From the NCBI GenBank assembly GCA_963751345.1, contig CAVVUS010000007.1, positions 1 to 34,820 on the forward strand: 34,820 bases of DNA, read 5' to 3'. The DNA is from an uncultured Chloroflexia bacterium (GTDB lineage: Bacteria > Chloroflexota > Anaerolineae > B4-G1 > SLSP01). A program made the position numbers and the translations under genes. Position 1 is the first letter of the stretch, and the number at the start of each line of letters is the position of its first letter. Below the pieces are notes generated by a model. The model ran no database searches and was not told where the DNA came from. It worked only from the letters and a program-made list of their open reading frames with translations. This document shows, piece after piece, positions 27,527 to 34,820 of this stretch.

Positions 27527-28981
27527 ATGATGCCAGACCGTCCGAATATCATCGTGATCATGTGCGACCAGATGAAGGCCACGGCGAGCCATCTGTACGG
27601 CAATACCTTCTGCGAGACGCCGTCGTTAGCGCGCCTGGCCGATGCGGGGGTGCTCTATGAGAACGCATTTACGCCGCACCCCCTGTGTATGCCCGCACGC
27701 GTGTCACTGTGGACTTCCCAGTACCCACACAGCACCGGATCGCGTCGCAACGAGACCCCTATGCCCGCCGATGCCGTCCACGCTTTCGAGCTGTGGACGG
27801 AAGCGGGCTACCATACAGGCTTGATCGGTAAGAACCACTGCTTCCAGGCGCCTGAGGATTTGGATCGCTTCGACGTCCGCTGTGAGGAGCCGGAAAGCGG
27901 TGTCACGAAGGGTCTCGCGTGGTGGCGACCGATCGAGGGGGTCCGGGCTGCCGGCGAAGCTCGACGGACGATGCCCCAGCAGAGTCCTCGCTTTGGTTAT
28001 GCTACGACCGATGCTCCGCTGGAAGATCTGAACTCTGGACTGCTGGCGGGCCAGGTCGTGCGTTACCTGGAGACCTATGGCGATCGTCCCTTCGCGCTGT
28101 GGGTGTCGTTCTCCGATCCACACGAGCCGTGGGTCGCACCGAAGGCGTACGCGGAGCGTTTCCCGCCCGAGGTCATCGAACTGCCCCCGTGGCGGGAGGG
28201 AGAGTTCTCCGGGCCCGAAGTGCCCGAGCGCAACCGCGTGCTGCACGAGATCCTCGGGATGGAGGAAGACAGCCTCGACGACGTCTACGGTGTGATGGGC
28301 TGCTACTACGGGATGGTGCGTTTCCTCGATGACAGCGTCGGTCGGATCCTGGAAGCCCTGGACCGGCTGAGGCTGCGCGAGAGGACCATCGTCGTCTTCT
28401 GCTCCGACCACGGCGACTTCATGGGCGAGCACCGGATGCAGTGCAAGGGTGGGGTCTTCTACGACTGCCTGACTCACGTGCCATTGATTGTCTCATGGCC
28501 CGGCGGGATCCCGGCGGGGAGGCGAGATGACAGTATGGTCAGCCTGATCGATATCGTGCCGACGCTGTTGCAGCTGCAGGGGATCGACATCCCGCGCTCG
28601 ATGCATGGCCACGGGCTTCCGTTGGCCACGGACGCCTCACCCCGAGATGTCGTCTTCTCGGAGTACGGCGCCGGCGGACCGCCTTTTACGATGGCGGATC
28701 TAGAGAAACTCCCGAAGCCCTACGGACGCAGAGCGCTGATGGCATCGCTGCGCTGGCGAGAGGCCGAAGGGCGCCGCAAGATGGTGCGCACGCGAGAATG
28801 GAAGTACGTCCACGACGCGATGGGCGATGCCGACGAGCTTTACGACCTGGTTAACGATCCCTGGGAGCTGACCAACGTGGCCGGTGACCCGGCAAACTCC
28901 GCGGTCGTTGCGGACATGATGCGACGGCTTGCCGACTGGTCGATCCGCACGGAGGATGCGCGACCCGTGCCGCTGCCGTGA
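27527..28981 (+). CDS. Formylglycine-type sulfatase / sulfatase-like hydrolase
   Basis: RPNIIVIMCDQ, CMPAR (CxPxR), GLIGKNH, DPHEP, SDHGD, ELYDLVNDPWE. Confidence 0.92.
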   Translation: MMPDRPNIIVIMCDQMKATASHLYGNTFCETPSLARLADAGVLYENAFTPHPLCMPARVSLWTSQYPHSTGSRRNETPMPADAVHAFELWTEAGYHTGLIGKNHCFQAPEDLDRFDVRCEEPESGVTKGLAWWRPIEGVRAAGEARRTMPQQSPRFGYATTDAPLEDLNSGLLAGQVVRYLETYGDRPFALWVSFSDPHEPWVAPKAYAERFPPEVIELPPWREGEFSGPEVPERNRVLHEILGMEEDSLDDVYGVMGCYYGMVRFLDDSVGRILEALDRLRLRERTIVVFCSDHGDFMGEHRMQCKGGVFYDCLTHVPLIVSWPGGIPAGRRDDSMVSLIDIVPTLLQLQGIDIPRSMHGHGLPLATDASPRDVVFSEYGAGGPPFTMADLEKLPKPYGRRALMASLRWREAEGRRKMVRTREWKYVHDAMGDADELYDLVNDPWELTNVAGDPANSAVVADMMRRLADWSIRTEDARPVPLP

Positions 28982-29025
28982 TCTTCGGCACCCTGTGTCC
29001 CGTGGGACAATAGCGCTAACCGTCC

Positions 29026-29847
29026 CTAAGGCTGCGTTCGCGAGGCTGAGTTGGCGGGCGCGACAATCAGGAGGATCCCGACCGCCACGATGCTGAGCGC
29101 GACCTGGATGACGTTGTACGCGACCGGTATGGGGAAGACCAGGCCAAGGGTGAAGTTGAAGAAGAAGTGGAGCATCACGGCTGAGAGAAGGCTGCGACGG
29201 TTGGCATTATAAACTCTGGTGATCAGGAACGTCAGCGGGAAGATGTTGATGAGGAACAGCCAGAACGGCAGTGTCCCCACGCCGAACTTGTGCTGGGTGG
29301 TGCCCCTGATGAAGAAGAGGGGGAGGTGCCAGGCCCACCAGAGGGCACCCAGGAGGAGGTTGGCCTTCCACGTCGTCCACCGTGCCTGAAGGCGATCGAG
29401 GGCGAACCCCCGCCACCCCAGTTCCTCCGAGAGCGGTCCCGCGACGATACCGCTGATCACGAGCGATATGAGGACCAACGGCTGCACAGCTACCTGCTTC
29501 AGTGCATCCATTCCGGGTGTTGTCCCGCCGACCAGTGCATTGATGCCATAGGTGAGCGCAAAGATCACCGGGAAGAAGGCGATGATGACGATATACCATC
29601 CGGGACCGATCCGTCTGGCGTCGGACAACCGCCGCCATAGATCGCGGCGCTCACTGTGATCCGCCTGCCGGTAGGTGAGCCAGATACCCGCTATGGACGG
29701 CCCGAATCCGCCCAGCAGGAAGAGCAGGATGGTCGGGAACTCGGTTGAGGTCTGGCCCAACAGGGCAGCCGGGACCCAAGATCCCCAAGATAGTAGAAAG
29801 GTGAGGATGAAGTAGCGCCAGAGGCCGGATGCTCTTGTCATGGACAA
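29026..29847 (-). CDS. CPBP-family intramembrane glutamic endopeptidase (CAAX-like)
   Basis: EELGWRG, W.AWHLP, H...N motifs; multi-TM; AGGAGGTG SD (start TTG 29847 or ATG 29841). Confidence 0.92.
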   Translation of the reverse strand: MSMTRASGLWRYFILTFLLSWGSWVPAALLGQTSTEFPTILLFLLGGFGPSIAGIWLTYRQADHSERRDLWRRLSDARRIGPGWYIVIIAFFPVIFALTYGINALVGGTTPGMDALKQVAVQPLVLISLVISGIVAGPLSEELGWRGFALDRLQARWTTWKANLLLGALWWAWHLPLFFIRGTTQHKFGVGTLPFWLFLINIFPLTFLITRVYNANRRSLLSAVMLHFFFNFTLGLVFPIPVAYNVIQVALSIVAVGILLIVAPANSASRTQP

Positions 29848-29994
29848 TCACCTCCTGGATTTGGCAGTCGAACAGGCAACAGGACCTAAACGGCCACATT
29901 TTACATCAAGCGTGGCCATTCGCGAGGTTGGCGGCCCGGGGAGTACTGGCTCTGACGCTGTTGGGGCGAACCAGGGCCAGATCGGCGATTGTCC

Positions 29995-30885
29995 CTAGCC
30001 TAACTGCGGCGGCTTCTGGGCCACGATCCCGATCCATTCTGATGCGTCGGTGTAGGCGTCGCCTCTGAGATTGCCGCCCACGACCTCGACCAGGAATCCA
30101 CTTGCCTCAAGTTCTCCGATGATTGTCGTTGGGCTGTAGGTCTGGAACCAGTTACGGTAGATCGTAGCCGTTCCGTCCTCCTCGATGATGGTATACTGGT
30201 TGACGAACGCCTCCTCGCGCGGATAGCCAAATCCCTCCTCCAGGACGAGGTGCCTCTCCGCCCGCCAGAACCCGTGCTCCGCAACGTACCAGCGGTTCTC
30301 GATCTGATGCGTCTCCTGGAATCGCGGCGTGATCACGTCCAGCGCGAATCGCCCGCCGGGCTTTAGGGCACGGTAGATATTGCCCAGCAGCTTGCGCCGA
30401 TGCTCCGGCGAGAGGGCACAGAAGTCCCCGTTGGCGAGCAACGCCGCATCGAAGCGGCTCTCGACAGCGAGCGTGAGGTAGTCCTGGTAGACGTAGGTGA
30501 CGTCCAGTTCATGTGCCCTCGCGTAGTCACGGGCATAGGCCAGCGCCAGGTGCGAGTAGTCAACGCCCGTGACCCTTACACGGCGTTGGGCCAACCCAGA
30601 GGCATAGAGCCCCGGCCCACAGCCGAGGTCGATCGCGCTCATGCCTTCCCCCAGATGAAGTGCCACGATGAGCCAGGCAACTTCGAGGTCGATGATCTGG
30701 TGCCGGCGGCTCGCCGCGTCCGCCTGTGGCGTAAGGTGAGCAGCAAGCATCTGTTGAGATATATGCGGATCATCCCAGAAGAGTGGTTCGCCCGGCGCAA
30801 AGGGCTTGGGGCGTCGCTGAATCTCGGCAAGCACCGCCAGGTCCAGCTTTATCCCATCGATGATCAGGTTGGTCATCTTTGCCAT
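29995..30885 (-). CDS. Class I SAM-dependent methyltransferase
   Basis: FWDDPHIS..ML.AHL, DLGCGPGLY, VTGVDYS, ALKPGGRFALDV; AAGGAGGAG SD before ATG 30885. Confidence 0.9.
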   Translation of the reverse strand: MAKMTNLIIDGIKLDLAVLAEIQRRPKPFAPGEPLFWDDPHISQQMLAAHLTPQADAASRRHQIIDLEVAWLIVALHLGEGMSAIDLGCGPGLYASGLAQRRVRVTGVDYSHLALAYARDYARAHELDVTYVYQDYLTLAVESRFDAALLANGDFCALSPEHRRKLLGNIYRALKPGGRFALDVITPRFQETHQIENRWYVAEHGFWRAERHLVLEEGFGYPREEAFVNQYTIIEEDGTATIYRNWFQTYSPTTIIGELEASGFLVEVVGGNLRGDAYTDASEWIGIVAQKPPQLG

Positions 30886-30951
30886 TGCGAACTCCTCCTT
30901 TGTCACAACCCTATCCGATTGTACCGCGGCAGGCGACTCGGGCAACGGGTA

Positions 30952-30979
30952 TTGCGTCCCCTCCGAAGGTCAGTACACT
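30952..30979 (+). promoter_or_regulatory. Sigma70-type promoter upstream of melA
   Basis: TTGCGT (30952-30957), 16 bp, TACACT (30974-30979). Confidence 0.5.
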
Positions 30980-31013
30980 AGGCGCACAACTCACACGACA
31001 AGGAGCATCTGCT

Positions 31014-32342
31014 ATGACCAAGATCGTGATCATCGGGGCGGGCAGTGGCTTCGGCAGCCGTCTTTCGGTGGATATTATGTCCCGCGAGCCCCTCCAGGAC
31101 GCGACCATTGCGCTCTGCGACATTCACCCGGGGCGGTTGGCACAAGTGACCGGCTACGTGCAACGCACGGCGGAGAAGTACAAACTACCCACGCGCGTGG
31201 TCTCGTCTACCGATCGTCAGGAGCTCTTGCCGGGCGCCGACTTTGTCATTACCTCTGTCGCCGTTGGCGGGGGTGCCTACTGGGGTGAGCCGTACAAATC
31301 CGAGATCGAGATCCCGCAGAAGTACGGTATCTACCAGACCGTTGCCGATACCGTGGGGGTGGGGGGCATCTTCCGGTTCCTAAGGACCGGCCCGGTACAG
31401 CACCAGTTCTTCCGCGATATGGAGGAGCTCTGCCCCAATGCCTACGTGCTCAATCACACCAATCCTATGGCGATGCTCACCTGGCTGCACTCGGTGGACT
31501 CCGACGTTCGCAACGTGGGCCTCTGCCATAGCGTTCAGGGCACGACGCAGCAGTTGGCCACGATTGCCGGCGTGCCTTGGGAGGAGGTCTCGCACTTCGT
31601 CGCGGGCATCAACCATCAGGCATGGGTGCTGGAACTCAATCACGGCAAGGAGGGCCTCTACCCCAAGATCTGGGAGGCGATGGAGGACCCGGAGGTCGTC
31701 GCCAAGGACCCCGTCCGGTTTGAGATGATGCGGTACTTCGACTATTTCGTCACCGAGAGCAGTCGCCACAATGCCGAGTACCTGCCCTACTTTATGCAGA
31801 CGCCGGAGCTGCTAGAGCGCTTCGACCTCACCCCGCGCGAGGTCCCCACAGAGCCACGACGGGTCCGCGAATGGCAGGCCGATGGGATGGGTGGCGATGC
31901 CCCGGTCGGTGAACTGCACCGCTCGCAGGAATACACGACGGGCATCATCGAGGCGATGCTGACCAACGTGCCCTTCCGGTTCAACGGAAACGTGATGAAC
32001 ACCGGCCTGATCACCAACCTGCCGGATGGCTGCTGCGTCGAGGTGCCATGCATGGTCGATGCCAACGGTGTGAATCCCTGCTATGTGGGCGCTCTGCCCG
32101 CGCAGTTGGCGGCGCTCAACCAGTCGAACGTCGCCGTGCAGGAGTTGGCCGTCCAGGCCGTGTTGGAGCGGGACCGTGAGGCAGCGTTCTGGGCCTGTGC
32201 CGTCGATCCGCTGACCTCGGCCGTGTTGCCACTTCACAAGATCCATGAGATGTTCGACGAGCTCTGGGATGCGGTGTCGGATCATCTACTGTGGTTTGAT
32301 CCGGACTTCACGGGGTCTCTACCGGAGATTTGCGCGCCGTAG
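31014..32342 (+). CDS. melA: NAD-dependent alpha-galactosidase (GH4)
   Basis: KIVIIGAGS, IPQKYGI.QT.ADT.G.GGIFR.LRT, NHTNPM, VGLCHSVQ, AGINH, VTESS.H.AEY, DPLTSAVL. Confidence 0.92.
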   Translation: MTKIVIIGAGSGFGSRLSVDIMSREPLQDATIALCDIHPGRLAQVTGYVQRTAEKYKLPTRVVSSTDRQELLPGADFVITSVAVGGGAYWGEPYKSEIEIPQKYGIYQTVADTVGVGGIFRFLRTGPVQHQFFRDMEELCPNAYVLNHTNPMAMLTWLHSVDSDVRNVGLCHSVQGTTQQLATIAGVPWEEVSHFVAGINHQAWVLELNHGKEGLYPKIWEAMEDPEVVAKDPVRFEMMRYFDYFVTESSRHNAEYLPYFMQTPELLERFDLTPREVPTEPRRVREWQADGMGGDAPVGELHRSQEYTTGIIEAMLTNVPFRFNGNVMNTGLITNLPDGCCVEVPCMVDANGVNPCYVGALPAQLAALNQSNVAVQELAVQAVLERDREAAFWACAVDPLTSAVLPLHKIHEMFDELWDAVSDHLLWFDPDFTGSLPEICAP

Positions 32343-32386
32343 GGATAGGAGCAGGGGACAGAATTCAACCACACAAGGAGCAGATT

Positions 32387-33655
32387 ATGATTCACCTTGG
32401 GACACAGTACTACCGCCCGCCATTTCCCAACACGCGCTATTGGGAGGACGACATCATGCAGATGGCCGATGCGGGGCTCAACACGATCCAGCTCTGGGTA
32501 GTGTGGGCGTGGGTCGAGGCGAAGCCCGACGAGTTCCGCTTCGACGACTACGACCGGTTGGTCGAGCTGGCCGACAAACATGGGCTGGAGGTGGTGTTGA
32601 GCACCATCGCTGCGATCCATCCCTACTGGATCCATCGGGTCGTGCCGGGGAGCCAGATGGTGGATAACTTTGGCCACAAGGTGATCTCATCCAACCGCGG
32701 CGAGGTGCACTTCGGCCTGACGCCCGGCGGCTGTTTCGACCATCCCGGTGTCTGGGAGCGGATGGAGCAGTTCCTCACGGCTACTGCGACCCACTATCGC
32801 GCGGCGAGTAACCTCTTCGGCTGGGATGCCTGGAACGAACTGCGGTGGAACGTACAGTCCGACGGCCTCGTGTGCTACTGTGACTACACGATCAACCGCT
32901 TCCGCTCGTGGCTCGATGCCAAGTATGGCTGGCTGGACGGGCTCAACTCGGCTTGGCAGCGGCGGTACACCTCGTGGGAGGACGTGCGTCCGGGCAAGAT
33001 GCCCGACCGGCCCTACACTGAGATGATGGCGTTTCGAGGATTTCATCACCTGGCGTTCGGTACAGCACGCCTACGACCGCTACGACGTGCTCAAGGGTAT
33101 CGATGCTCAACACCCTGTGTCCATCCATGGTGCGCAGCCGACCGTGCTGCACGGGACTGACGCTTATCCGACGGCGACCGCGCTCCACCGCGGCAACGAT
33201 TGGGGATTCTCGGATAGGGTTGACGGTATCGGTACCTCCAGCTTTCCCAAGTGGGGCGGGCTGGAGATGGATCCCGCACAGTTCATCAACCGCATCGACT
33301 TCTCAGCTTCGGCCCGGCAGGGGAAACGGCTCTGGCTGAGCGAACTCCAGGGGGGGCGTTCCAACATTGGCTTCAGTGTAGCCCAGAGCGTCGACGCGGC
33401 ATCACAACAGGGCTGGCTCTGGACGGGGCTCGCAGCGGGCGCCGACGCGGTTCTCTTCTGGTGCTGGCGCGACGAGGTCTTCGGTCGCGAGAGTACTGGG
33501 TTCGGCCTGGCAGGGAATGATGGCTTGGCGCCGGAGCGTATCGCGGCGATGCGAAAGACGGGCGAGGTGCTCAGAGACGCACGGCGAGCTGCTGGAAGCT
33601 TACGAGCCTGCGCCGGCGCAGGTGGGCATCCTATTCAGTCCGCAGTCGTACTGGC
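32387..33655 (+). CDS. GH42-like beta-galactosidase, N-terminal part (frameshifts near 33035 and 33578; cut off near 33655)
   Basis: GTQYYRPP.P, D...M...G.N, W.WVE.KP..F.F, WNE, CYC, WLSELQGG, LFWCWR.E..G.E; homology ends at VGILFSPQSY. Confidence 0.82.
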
Positions 33656-33672
33656 CGGAATGCGGCCTGGCC

Positions 33673-33700
33673 TTGTTCTGCACTTCGTTCGTCGTCTTGT
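33673..33700 (+). other. Probable degenerate Oxford Nanopore adapter at a chimeric junction
   Basis: TTGTTCTGCACTTCGTTCGTCGTCTTGT aligns by eye to the ligation-adapter core TGTACTTCGTTCAGTTACGTATTGCT (exact ACTTCGTTC at 33682-33690); genes on both sides end abruptly here. Confidence 0.65.
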
Positions 33701-33704
33701 CCGC

Positions 33705-34493
33705 CGGCCTCGACCCCGCCAGCCTGGAGAGCTTCCACCGCCTTCGCGCGCGCCTTCGCGGCCGGGCTCGTCGAGGTCGAACACAACCGCTACGCGGTCC
33801 ACGCCCGCCTCTCGCAGCTCGCGCGCAAGGTCGGCGGTCGGTGGCGTCCCCTCGCCGGCGCACGTGCAGACTGCCGGCACGCCAGACTGTGCGCACGCCC
33901 AGACGCTCGGCTCGCCGTTCACGAGGTAGAGGCGCTCGCGCCCGCCGTGGTCGAGCGCAAGGGGTAGGCCATACCAGTCGGCCTTGCCGCCTTCTCCTTC
34001 CCCAGGTCATCTTCGGCAAGCTGCCGTCGAGGAACTTCACGCGGTCGATGCCTTGCCGGGTGGGGAAGCGGAGCGCCGGCCGGCCGTTGTGCGTGGTCTC
34101 GCTCACGCGCCAGACGGTCGCGAGCTTCTGTTGATCGAGCTTGCGGCGGCGGCAGAACTCCGCCAGCGTGCGCTCAGGCGCCGGCGCGGGTCTTGAGGGT
34201 GGCGGGCTCGAGTGAGATTGCCGGGGGTCGAGGTCGAGCAGGCGCGCAGGTCAGCCATCGAGCCGTGCTCGCCGGTGGCGTGGTCTTTCCAGCCTCCCGG
34301 GTCGGTCTCGCTGTCCGGCTTCACGCTGAATGACGGGTGCGCGTCCTCTCGCAGCGGCGAATGAATCGGGCCGATCCAACCGTCAGCGTTTGGCCGCCGC
34401 GGCCAGCGCGAGCGCTCGGGCTGATTGCTCTCGGATGAGAGGCTCGAGCCGCGGCCACAGCGGCTCCCAGCGAGCGGCCGGCATGGCGGTCAT
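33705..34493 (-). CDS. Mobile-element primase-like protein (degenerate CHC2-type N-terminus plus TOPRIM), frameshifted and 3'-truncated
   Basis: Stitched frames give IHSPLREDAHPSFSVKP...GGWKDHATGEHGSMADL, then WYGL...LYLVNGEPSVWA...VVFDLDEPGREGA; ATG 34493 after GAGG. Confidence 0.6.
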
Positions 34494-34807
34494 CGCCTCA
34501 ACCATCGCGCGGCGGTTCGCAGCGGTTCGGTCAGGACGTCGTCAGGCCAGTTGGTGGCGCCCATGTGGCGCTCGCTATGCCGCGTCGCCGCTGGCCACCG
34601 GCTCCCGACGCCAGCCGCCCGGGAGGCGCCTGCCCGCCGGCCGCGATCCACGTCTCGACGGCTTCGAGGTCGAAGTAACCCGCCGCCCGACGCGAACACA
34701 AGGGACACGCCGTCAACGGCTAGCGCGTACACGCGCCGCGTGTCCGGGAACAGGGTCGGCCACCTTTCAGTGAGAGTCTCTGCGGTCACGAATCGGTCTG
34801 CGCTCAT
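34490..34807 (-). CDS. Excisionase/AlpA-like HTH DNA-binding protein (frameshifted)
   Basis: AAGGGAG SD plus ATG 34807; stitched RRVYALA...CVRVGRRV.FDLEAVETWIAAGG matches the HTH_17/Xis pattern; true end uncertain. Confidence 0.6.
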   Translation of the reverse strand: MSADRFVTAETLTERWPTLFPDTRRVYALAVDGVSLVFASGGGLLRPRSRRDVDRGRRAGASRAAGVGSRWPAATRHSERHMGATNWPDDVLTEPLRTAARWLRR

Positions 34808-34820
34808 GTCTGTCTCCCTT

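Noticed and set aside
29026-29847. CPBP ('Abi') gene as an anti-phage system
   Set aside because: The Abi label for this family is historical; there is no defence-island context and the neighbours are metabolic genes.
32387-34820. Prophage or satellite integrated into the GH42 gene
   Set aside because: Both genes are cut mid-sequence, no integrase or att site lies at the boundary, and an adapter-like sequence sits at the join.

Overview
GC-rich bacterial DNA, most likely Chloroflexota (Anaerolineae-like); this is inferred from gene content only (AOR, sortase plus LPXTG protein, HisKA_7TM kinase, carbohydrate catabolism, GAAT-type intergenic repeats). About 15-20 single-base frameshifts break otherwise intact genes, and a degenerate Nanopore-adapter-like sequence sits at about 33673-33700, so the window looks like an unpolished long read that is chimeric at its right end. 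Gene order: 3' end of an aldehyde:ferredoxin oxidoreductase; cold-shock gene; ISKra4-family (prokaryotic Mutator-like) IS; ABC-F ATPase with an attenuator-like leader; two-component cluster; TipA/Mta-type MerR regulator; LysM protein; sortase and LPQTG substrate; PAP2; MFS; LarA-superfamily enzyme; 7TM-PAS-GAF kinase; DinB-like gene; araA, Zn-dehydrogenase, uxuA-like and OYE genes; two ABC-2 permeases; ribokinase; sulfatase; CPBP protease; methyltransferase; GH4 alpha-galactosidase; truncated GH42; then an unrelated excisionase plus primase fragment. Most notable: the IS lies 15-16 bp upstream of the csp -35 box and is flanked by a 106-109 bp direct repeat, far longer than the usual 8-9 bp. 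The repeat copies the whole csp promoter in front of the transposase but leaves behind the leader terminator. Also notable: a uORF/terminator/antiterminator leader on the ABC-F gene, an internal TipAS-like start, and a recurring 16-bp promoter spacer. No rRNA, tRNA or CRISPR array was seen.
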